A DNA stretch of 64,000 nt from Dicyema japonicum (taxonomy: Eukaryota > Animalia > Dicyemida), in NCBI GenBank assembly GCA_011109175.1, contig RDEW01000040.1, positions 62,001 to 126,000 on the forward strand, given 5' to 3'. Made by a program: the position numbers and the translations under genes. Positions 10,203 through 20,789 of this stretch are shown here, piece by piece; position 1 is the first letter of the stretch, and each line of letters opens with the position of its first letter. The notes beneath the pieces were generated by a model that did not search any database, was not told the DNA's origin, and saw only the letters and a list, made by a program, of their open reading frames with translations.

Positions 10203-13200
10203 TGAGTTAGTGACGTATATTGGCTGAGTTAGTGACGTGGCTCTTTAAATGCAGTCTGAAAAATACAAGATTCAATGGGATGGCCTCAACCTACTCTCGT
10301 TTAATGTCAGGGGGATCTCGAAGACATGGATGAGGAAAACACTGTGCGATGATTTAGACAAGTACCGCGTCTCTATCGGATGTCTGCAAGAAACGAAGGT
10401 CTCTGATGGATGCTGTGAACACTATGGAACCTATAAACTTATTCTCTTCCCTAGTGAGTCTAAACATTACGGACAAGGTTTCGCAGTCCATGAACATCTT
10501 GTACCACGGATACATCAATTTTGGAAAGTCAACGACAGGATTAGTGTTCTGCAAATTAGGATGAATGACATGTGCCCTTCCAAAAGCTACATGACAGTCA
10601 TTAACGTGTATGCTCCACATAGTGGCAGATTTTTGAAAAATCCTGAGGAACTGGATGACTTCTACTGTCAACTATTGAGGACGTACTCGGAATACGAATC
10701 TTCGTCGTTGATATTTATTGCCGGGGACTTTAACGCTAAAGTTGGGATGCGACGCAGTGGAGAGGAATCGTTCATCGGCAGGCATGGACGGGGGTGGAGA
10801 AACACCCCGGGAACACTACTGGCCAATTTCTGTCAAGCGAATGATCTTTTCATAGGAAACACTGCCTTTATGCACCCAGCTCGCCACAGGAGCACATGGA
10901 CTGGCCATAGAACGAACTCGGAAAACAAAAGTGTCAATATTTATAATCAAATTGATTACATCATTTGTCGGACCAAGGACAAACACCTACTGAATGATGC
11001 CCGTTCTTATGGAGGGTCGATGATAAATAGTGACCATAAAATGGTTATTGGCAAGTTCTCCTTGAAGAAATACTACATTGGAAGGAAGAACCTGAGTCTA
11101 AGCAAAACGCTACCACCTTACCATACCCATGTATATATGACTGAGAAGCTCTGGTCTCAGCCGCTGCTGGTGACAAACTACCAAAAACATATAGAGAACC
11201 ACCTATATACATTACCAGCTAATATGACTATACAAGACCTATGGGATCAGACCAAAAGCATTATTTGCCTTGCCGCAAACACCCACCTTGGAGTGAGACG
11301 GCAGACAACCGGAAATATGTCACTTGGCCATCCAGACTCCTTATTACTGGCAAAACAACAACGAGAAATATGGATACAGAGTCTAAACACGACGGATATA
11401 CATATCAAAAACAAACTACGAACTGAACGAAATATTATCAAGAGAAGAATCATGAAGCTTAATAATGAACACTCGAAGGATGTCTTCCTATCACATCTTA
11501 GAGAGCTGGAGCAACTAAAGGACAATGCACAAATGTTCGCTGCAGTCCGACTAATGCGAGGAAAGAAAAAAGCGACAGTACATGTTATGGATGGGAAGGG
11601 GAAACTTATCTTAAAACCAGACGAACAGATCGAATTGATTGCTGCCCATTTTGAAAAACTGTTCAATGCGAACGGCCAAGAACTGGCCCCTTTCATCGGA
11701 GAACCGCGGATGCTGGAAACAATTATCACATCTAAGGAAGTTCAGAGTGCGTGCAGTAAGCTAAAGAATCACAGGAGCGCTGGACCAGACAACATCCCTC
11801 CCGAACTGCTGAAATATGGACCTATGCGTCTATTCGAAACCATTGCGACATTGTTAAATGGAATGTTTACATCCAACTCTGTCCTACCACTGGGGAAAGG
11901 GACATTGATACCTATACAAAAGCCTAACAAACCAAAGGGACCACTAGAAAGCCTACGCCCAGTCATATTGTTAAACACATTACGAAAAGTTCTTGCATCT
12001 GTTGCTTTGGACCGCTTAAAACATCCTGCAGGAAAATTACCTATCAGCATGCCATAGTGGATTTCGTGAAGGAAGGTCGACAGCGGACATTCTGTGGAGC
12101 CACAGGTGGCGGTGTGCAACGGCTCAAAGATACAAAAATGCCACGACCATCCTGGGGATCGATATGTCAAGAGCTTTCGACACCATTAGCCGACACAAGC
12201 TAATGGTTGTCCTTCATCAATTTGTGGACCAATCATTGCTACGGATAATCAGAGTACTTCTCTCAAGTACTGAACTGTCAGTCCGAATTGGGAGAACTCT
12301 ATCCCGACCATTCAAAACTACAATCGGCACTCCTCAGGGAGACTCCCTCTCCCCCTTACTATTTGTGATATATCTCGAAGCTGCACTAAAGGATCTAAGA
12401 ACTTGCTATGAAGGAAAAATAAACGAAGTCGTATACGCGGATGATGTGGATTTTATATCCGAGGATACAGAAGCTCTCACACATCTGCTGGAAAATGCAC
12501 CGGACAAACTGGGGAATGGTTCCTCATCGTTAACCGGGCCAAAACGGAAATCACGGAAATCAAAAGAATGGACAACATCCTTAATGAACGTTGGCGACAT
12601 GTTAATAAGCTTGGATCCCTACTGGGGGACACAGAAGACATCATCAAAAGGAAAACACTTGCAGGAGTAGCAATGCGAAAACTCAAAAAGGGATGGCTGA
12701 AAGGACTAGATGTCAATCTGCGGATACGCATGTACAATGCATTTGTGAAACCGATACTGACATACAATGCTGGTACTTGGGCCTGTACAGGTGCGGAATC
12801 AATGGCTCTCGATGGGTTCCACAGAAAACAGCTTAGAGTATTATTTGGCATGCAGTGGCCAGCCAGAATCTCGAATACCGGTATTTACAAAAAATGCAAG
12901 AGTAGGCCTCTAAGCCTGGAAATCACTGACGCCCGGTGGAGACTGTTTGGTCACGTACTACGCATGGATCTTGCTGCCCCGGCTAATGTGGCGATGGAGG
13001 ACCATTTCATGTTCGAGGGCAAATGCTTCCGTGGCAGACCAAGGATGACCCTACCTATCATGCTGCACGAAGACCTCCAAAGGATAAAGAAATGCCTAAA
13101 GACGGGAGACGATCTGGACATGCTGAGATCGACTGCGTGTAACCGTGGAGGATGGAAGAGGCTAACTAATAACATTGTTTCTTGTATTGCACATGCTTTG

Positions 13201-13240
13201 CTATAACTATTATGGCAAGGCGATAAGTGCTGTAATAATA
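10203..13240 (+). mobile_element. Full-length RTE-clade LINE (APE endonuclease + RT), single ORF of ~985 aa
   Basis: 12-bp TSD atgaaagagacc (10191-10202, 13241-13252) and (TAA)n tail. Motifs LQETK, GDFNAKVG, NQIDY, SDH, RAFD, PQGDSLSP, YADD. Two +/-1 frameshifts, both in A-runs (~12030, ~12520). Confidence 0.95.
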
Positions 13241-13394
13241 ATGAAAGAGACCGACATTTGCTGCGTCCTACTTAATAGTCGCTGGTCTCCTACAAGTTAG
13301 TGAGGCCAGGGTTACTAACTAACTAATTCGATCTTTGGGATCGAATTTTGTTTCCATAAGAGTTATACGAAGACTCGATTATACCAAAATACTA

Positions 13395-13520
13395 CTGAGG
13401 GGTTCCCGTAGTGGCCGATATGGATTGACGTAGTGATTGGAAAGGATGCTTTCCATTCATTACGTGGGAACTGGATATATCCTAATTATAGGTTAATTAA
13501 TTCTTAACTTCCTTCGGGTA
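13395..13520 (+). mobile_element. SINE family A 3' fragment
   Basis: gggaactggatata...cgggtatatccgaggttatt matches the family A 3' region. Confidence 0.55.
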
Positions 13521-14049
13521 TATCCGAGGTTATTAGACAAATAAACTCTAAACTGGACCACCAGAAGTCGATCTAAAAGTGAGGAAGTCGATCTAAAAGT
13601 GAGGATTTCTAGGAGCTACTTGACTTGACGGGGGATTCTAATAACCACCAGCTTCTTAATGTTAACGAAGCTGGTGTTAACGATTTTAAAATTAAATTCC
13701 TTCTGAGTCTATATCAGTTCCTTACTTGAAGTTTTGTGACTTTACAGCTGAAGGATCTTAATTAGTAAATTTAGTGAAAAGGTATATGGCTTGGTTTTCT
13801 TCACAAAAGATTTTATTTTTTGAGGATCAACAAGTTATTTAATAATTTTCATGTCATTTCAAGACACGATTCACACTTATATTCCCCCAAACCTTGAGCT
13901 GGATACGAATTTTAAGTTTTGAATTTCTGATGAGTCTTTAGTCGTTATTTACTCTGCGGATTTTTGTCGATTAACAAAAAATTATTTTTATTAAAATTTG
14001 TTAAATCGAGTTTGGGGACAAAAGTATGCGCGCTCATCTTAACTAGTTG

Positions 14050-15010
14050 GGTGGTTGAGGTGGTGACGGACCTCCATTGCACAGAATTTCTAATATGCTT
14101 CATGATGAATGAAAGCTCTTGTCTTCTTTATTTCCGTGAGTATAGACGAGATGACGGAAACACAACGTTCTGAACAAAGGAACTTATGATTCAGCTACGA
14201 ATCACGTTTATAGTTGATATCGAATAAAGGCAGATATGTGGTATTTGTTGGATAAATGTTGAAAGTTTAAATAATCTCTCAAACGTCGTCTAAATATCAG
14301 GTGTTATTATTAGCATCTATCTCATTATTCACCCAGTTTGCTTCGTATTCGTAAGGTTGAGTTGATAACGTGGCTCTGATGTACTATGGATAGTGCACTT
14401 AACATTTTTATCCTCCCAGGATAGATATGACCCTCATCCTCTTCTTGGTTGACTTAAATACCACGGATATGGAAAATTTCGGAAATATTGAAGCCACGGA
14501 TGCACCTATGTCTGGAGTAGAATCTCATCCTTATCAAAAACTAGTGAAGAAAAGAGAAATTCCCTCTATCCACTGCTGTAATCCTAACCACGTGAGGAAG
14601 TTGACTTGAAATTGCCGATTATTTTTTCTAAAAATTATTATTTTCCACATCCTTAACTAGAAGAAAGTTATGATCTTCTCGTCGCTTGTGCAATACTACA
14701 TGAATCAAATCACCCAGATATTTCCACCTTGAGGATGCGATTTCGCGGAGAGCATCTTGGTCGTCTAAGTCTTTTAGCTTCACTTTTCAAGTCCTTGGGT
14801 CATCTTGAATTTATGGAATTGTATTGTTGTCGTCCTCAATATCCAGGAGTGCACTCAAAGGTACGCCTCCATCGCATCGTTCGCAAATACCGTTAAATCC
14901 ACTTAGAAGATATGTAAAAATAGCCCTCATCTCTCCCTTTTCATTGCAATTGTGGAGTTGGGAAACACAAACGCATGCGTTTTCCTTGAAATGCTTCTGG
15001 AATCTCACGG
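14050..15010. mobile_element. Highly degenerate RTE endonuclease fragments (about 14050-14650 on +, 14660-15010 on -)
   Basis: Begins with the RTE 5' motif tggttgaggtggtgacg (14052-14068). Residual EN-like peptides. Shares atcttctcgtcgctt with the EN fragment at ~34150. Confidence 0.45.
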
Positions 15011-15194
15011 CATCTGACTATTCTCGATATTTCATATTTGAATAATACTACTGGGAGATTAAATGCATTGTAGATTTCGTTTATGCAAAGAAAGCAAGTG
15101 AGGGTTTGAAAATATATACTTTTTATTAACAATTTTTTTAAATTATTAAAAATTGTGGAATGTTTTGATAATTGATCAAAATTGAAAAAGTCAA

Positions 15195-15380
15195 ATGGCC
15201 GCATACCTAACTGCATGGTTATTCTCTCTCTGGATTGCGAGGGGAATCGGATCGAATAACTAGATTCGTTCTTAAAGGTCCCCAGAGGTAGCTGAGATTA
15301 GGTTTCCGAGTTTTTTGGAAGAAATCGTACATCGATAGTACGAGGGCTCAGAAGTATCCATTATGATAGGAACGAATACC
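15195..15380 (-). mobile_element. CRE-like retrotransposon 3' fragment
   Basis: VFVPIIMDTS...KKLGNLISATSGD...LAIQRENNHAVRYAAI*. Confidence 0.65.
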
Positions 15381-15747
15381 ACATCACATGAGAGGCAATA
15401 ATATGGGAGGCAATTTTATGCATGTTGCTAATAAAATAATAAACTACTGTGAACAGCTGTCCATTTCAAACTCTGAATTTAAGCCCTAAAGAACATCAAG
15501 AAAGTGCCTAAACCCAACAAATTAAGTGACCCCTGCATCCCCTGAAACAGGAGCAAAGAGCATTCAGTGTTCTTTCAAAATTCACACCGTTTTTCCGTAT
15601 CTACGTGGCTTTTATTTTAAAATTTAAATGAACATAATTTTCCATATTTGGGGAACTTTGAGCGCTTCCCGTAGTTCGACAGAAAAGAAAAGGTCACTGA
15701 GTCAATGTAAACAGTCCTTTTTCTGGAAATAAATCTGAAATCACCCT

Positions 15748-16050
15748 ATTTATTAACCTCTGATACACCGAGAAGGAAGTATATCCGGGATCCACCACAT
15801 ACCACGTTCACAGAAGCAGAGGTCTTCTCTTATCACACAAGTCTATCTAGAACCAGCGGAAAAAGAAGTAAACGTCCAGTCTTTGAAGTTGTGAGAACAC
15901 CCTCAACGGAGTGGGAGATTACAAATGATTCCTTTTCGTGCCATCCTTGCACTAGAAGTCACCTGAGACAGGTAGATCACTTAACGTCACTAGTCGAAAA
16001 AAAGGAGGAAAGAAATCTATAACCAAGTAGACAGACGACAGCATCACTGT
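15748..16050 (-). mobile_element. Divergent SINE family A copy
   Basis: Contains the core (15925-15989) and the 3' end ctcggtgtatcagaggttaataa. Confidence 0.7.
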
Positions 16051-16101
16051 GGAAAAAAGGCATCAGTTAATTATTTTATTTTACTTAATTAGGCATCAGT
16101 T

Positions 16102-18152
16102 TATTTAACAAACAATAAAAAAGTTAATATATTTAATCAACAACCTTCCTCGCCTGCTTGTTCGACAGCCTCCTCAGGCAGGTTCGATTCTGGTTGCTGA
16201 AACAACTCCGAGAGCGCCTTGTCTAATTGAACCCTCTGCCCATATGGCATCTCAGGGCTCTGCCTCCTATACTCCAGTGTCAGGCTCTCTAGGGTCCGCT
16301 TTAACACAGTGGACTGTAGATAGGCCTGGAGCTTCCTATCTACCCCCAACTGCTTCAGATAACCCTTGTGGTACTTTGTTGCAATTCCTTCCCACGTCAT
16401 TACTATAGGAATAACGAGGACCTTGCAACCAAGCATCTGCCCCATCTCGTTTGCAAGAAAGTCATACTTCCTTTTTTTCTCCACCTCCACAGTCTGCAAA
16501 CGGTCTTGAGACGTGATGCCAACCTCTATGATAAGGACTTGGCCAGACTCCTTATCGTGTACCACAATGTCCGGTTTATTGTGCTTGACTAGCACCGAGG
16601 TACGGATAACACTGTCTACCTTAATTTGGACCCTGGTGTTCTCTACTACAGATTGCACCTTATGAGTCCGCAACTTTCTGGTGTGGCGAATACCATACTT
16701 ATTGCATAGTAGAAGATGAAGACTCCTTACTACCTCGTTGTGCCTCCACACATAGTCGTGGCAGAGCATGGATCCACATCGAGTGGCTAAATGATCAACC
16801 GACATGCTCCTTGACTTACAGTGGGGACATGTATTTGTTGATCGACCCCAAAAAATATTGCGGTCTTGCATATACGTGTACAACGCCTCCGATCGAGGTG
16901 AGTTGTCACCGTATTTTAGCCATATTGTCGACGACTTAAGGTCGACATGTGGGTTGTCCAATGCTCTGAAGAGGACCTTATGAAGGCTTTTTAAGTTGAT
17001 CTTTTCCATCAAATTATTATATTGTAATTCGATCAACGCCTTCACATTTACTAGCCCACCATCATCAACACCATACTTAGCAGACAAAAAAGGTCTGATA
17101 GTGCCTAGGTGGGTTGCCCGTGTTTTCTCGGTCGTTATTATGGCGTGCTTCCTAGCAGACACACTTGACCCAGCTATCAGGGTGTCGTGCATTCGCATTA
17201 GGATACGCTCACTTAGTTGGACTACTCCACACAGTCCACGGCCGAATTTATCACGGGGTAAATATAGTCTCTCCTTATTGGCTGCCAGCACATGGACATG
17301 GTTCTCTCTGAGTACTCCACGGATCATAACATCCATCTCATCATACTCTTTGTGCTCAAACTCCACAACACCTATGTAGTAGTTTAACAGCGAGACAGCA
17401 TACTCATTTAATGCTAGGAACAAATTCCTTGCATTTAGAGACGTCTTACACAATAACGCTGCTCTTTTACGGATGCCTTCAGTAATTTGTCGCTTTGTCT
17501 CAGGCATTATAAGGGACTTTGGAGATTCGGTAACACCCAGATACTTATATCCTTCGTGTTCCTCTAGGACTCTTACTAACTCGCTACATACTTGCGTGTT
17601 AGTCGCAGACTTTGAATAATTCAAATCTAGCCCTATACTCTCAAAGAATTCCCTGGCACAGACCCCCATGGAGTAGAGCTCCTCGGCTGTTCGAGCATAC
17701 ATCTTCAGGTCATCGATAAAAAGAAGGTGATTTGTACTGAAACAGACCCCTTCACAATGAACTGGTATTTGCTCAAACCGGTCATTGAGGCGGCGACTCA
17801 ATGGCTCCAAACAGAGAACAAAGAGTAGCGGAGACATGCTATCCCCCTGAAGGATCCCCCTCTTGAGTTTTACCTCGCCTATCCGGTGCCTATTATAGTT
17901 CAGATGAATACTCCACCTATTCATCACAGCCACTACAAAGCTGATGAACCACACAGGCATACACAGACTGTGTAGGCACTCGACAAGGTAAGAATGATCA
18001 ACTGAATCGTAAGCCTTCTTCACATCCACCCACATGGACAAAAGTGAGTTTCCGTGAGACACAGAAAGGCATTTGTTGATCAAAGCCTGCTTTTTTGCCC
18101 CCTGACAATTTCGCACAGTTCCCAACTGATTCTAGGAGAGAATCCCATTTGC
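16102..18152 (-). mobile_element. 5'-truncated RLE-type (R4/Dong-like) non-LTR retrotransposon: RT + CCHC + restriction-like endonuclease
   Basis: Uninterrupted 662-aa ORF with DVKKAYDS, LQGDSMSP, LFIDD, C-x2-C...HLATRC, RHNEVV, KPDIV, IEVG, KKRKY. 10-bp TSD ggcatcagtt (16092-16101, 18153-18162). Confidence 0.93.
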
Positions 18153-18238
18153 GGCATCAGTTATGTAAAAAAGTTATTACAATTGTGGTAGAAAAATTTA
18201 AATAATTTTTTAAATTTAATAAATAAACATTTTAAATA

Positions 18239-19254
18239 ATGACCGATCTTGTGGTACTGTTTGATGTGACCCCATGTTGTTTATGTAATGTTTCCAACCA
18301 GGATGTCGATTTTGATGAAGTAAAGTAATAAATAACATTAGATATCGATACTGGACTACTTTACTGCCATATTACGATATATAGAGTTCTATTTTTCAAT
18401 AACAAATAAACCATCAATTTCGGCAATAGCCTTTGGTTGCTCTGGAAGATCAGAGTTTGTCTTCTCAACCGGGGACCTGTCCCATGCCTCGTCAAAATCT
18501 ACGATCTATTGTTCTGGCCAACTAGAGCTTCTTCATGCCCTGGAGGAGTCTTTTACATCAAAATTGACGGAAGTACTCAAAAAAAGTATACAACCAGTAA
18601 AACAGTAGATGAGGACACTTCTGAGGGGGCAAATCTCTTAAATGGGGTCATATCCACTCTTTGCTGTAATAATAAGACTTATTTAAGACATCAACAAGGA
18701 GAGGGTTGGTTCAAAGAAATCTCGTATACTGATAATTAAGGGATCCCCCGATGATGACAAGCAGTTCATGAAACTGGCCGCTATTTGCTACAAGAACAGT
18801 TCTCTGGTCTGATCATTCAGTTATTTGGCAGAATTTTACGATTGACACGTGTAGTATTGGTTATTCCGAGTCCTCGATTTTAAAGCACGTTGATTTGTTG
18901 GTCCAATTTAGTTGTCCTCGATTTCTGGTGGGAATTACTGTCACGTGGACGACGTCACAAACTTACTGACTGATTTGATAGTATTATTATTTTTTATAGT
19001 AGACTCTGTTTTGTGGAAGAAGGTATGGAAGCAGCGAGAGTTCCTTTGACATGAGATCTGTATGTTTTTGCCACGGGGTCAAGGTCAGTAATGCTTTTGT
19101 GTGCTCGTTTTGTCTGGCAGGTGAGTTTTTGTTATCAATTTAGTGTTTTGTCATTATATTCCAGTTTGTTTTGTATGCAGGTTGACTTTTGGCTTATTTT
19201 AGAGCCAAATTTGATATTCCACAACTTTACATGTGGGTTAGTAATAAAAAATGA
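18239..19254 (+). CDS. GTF2H3: TFIIH subunit p34 (Tfb4)
   Basis: DLVVLFDVTP start, KSRILIIKG, IDTC...SISGGNY, and C-terminal zinc region CFCH...FVCSFCLAVFC..IPVCFVC. Micro-introns; some internal junctions are uncertain. Confidence 0.88.
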
Positions 19255-20370
19255 TTATCTGTGTTTCTATAAAATATATATGATGTGTTTATGTTTGTTT
19301 TGTCGGACTCTGGTTTTGGTATCGACTTTTTAAAAAATTCGAAAAAGTTATGGTGTTTTAAACGTGGTTTGATATCATTGAGTGTGATTTTAACTTAGGT
19401 TATATTTACTCATGGGTGGGAGATACCTGTTCTATGATGCTCTTTTTATATGCGACTTCTCATTCTCCAACAGCTACTCACCCAGGATAGATGCTAGCCA
19501 AAACCAAAATTTCAAAGAAAAAAATACCCGACCTTAGGAAAACAGTTCGTTTTCATGCCTGCCGCTGCCAAAACCCCGGAGATTCTAGAATTTACTTATT
19601 ACATGCCACTGCATCGTCGTCAGTGGTCTTTACTTGTGATCTTTTGGAATAAATTCATTACTATGTTTATCATTGGAAAAATTGTTAAACATTTTTTGAA
19701 CAACTGTGATTTGATCTCCGTTATGGGGGTTCAAATTTATGCGGGGTAAGTCAGAAAAGGTTGAGACTTAAAAAATAAACACTAAAGCCTTGGTGACTTT
19801 TGACAGTTCATTCCAGAACCGGTTGCTGTTGTAACCTCTGTGATCATTAAGTAAGTAGATCATTAGCTATGTTAAACCGCATCGAGGCGCTTATTGCGAG
19901 GAGGAAAAATAAGGGAGAAAGTAGCTATTGAACACATTTTCTTACAAATCAGATGATGAGGGGAAACTGCATTTTCAATTGTGAGAGCAACCGCCTTCAA
20001 TTGAATGAGTTTTTAGCTAATGAATTATCGTTTTAAAATGGGAATACCATCGACATCTATTAACGCGTGGATGAATTTCTCCATAAATTTTACTTCGAAT
20101 TTCCCTATCAGTTTTCCACTTCGGTAATCGTTCAGATAATTTTGCTATAGATCGTAAAGAAGCTGTTAAATACATTCAGAAATTGCATTTCGGGGACGAT
20201 TTATGTGGAATCTGGAAGTACTAGAATTAAGATTAATTGTCAATCAAGTGCTTTCTATCACAAAAGTGGAAAAACAACACGTGTATAAAACTATTTGAAA
20301 AAATGTCCTTCCACATCATTATAAGCTGAGAGTTTTTCTTTATTGGAAAATTACTATCTAAAAACCGAAA

Positions 20371-20690
20371 TATTATTATTATAAGAACTTATCGCTATGT
20401 CATAGGACTTGACAAAGCATGTGCAACACGAGTTAGCAAATCACTGGTTAGTTTCATCCACTTCCTCCTATTCATAGCCGCAGTGCGCAACCAGTCCAGA
20501 TCCTCTCCACTTGCAAGATGCCGTCCCATTTCTTTAAGGTACTCGTCGAGAACGACTGGCAGTGTCGTCCTTGGGCGACCACGGAAACGGGGGACCTCCA
20601 ACATGAAGTAATCCTACATGGCTACGTTCGCGGGGGCATCTAGGTCAGTCGCAGAATATGGCCGAAAAGCCTCCATCGTGTATCCAGAAT
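20371..20690 (-). mobile_element. RTE LINE 3' fragment
   Basis: GRPRTTLPVVL peptide and TAA tail. Close to 59290-59975. Confidence 0.8.
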
Positions 20691-20789
20691 CTAATTAGAA
20701 ATTTCTGAGGTCTTCGTCCTCTTATAGAGAAGATTAGATGACAAAACCGAAATATTAAACCCGAAAACGTTATGAATTACATTATTCTG

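Noticed and set aside
11247-12851. Long antisense ORFs over the RTE and RLE elements
   Set aside because: They are shadow frames of RT coding sequence, with no independent motifs.
19400-20000. Possible spliced gene on + (GTAAGT donors present)
   Set aside because: No continuous reading frame or recognisable family could be assembled by eye.
20726-20737. AGAGAAGATTAG match to U6 snRNA
   Set aside because: Only 12 nt match; the flanking U6 sequence is absent.
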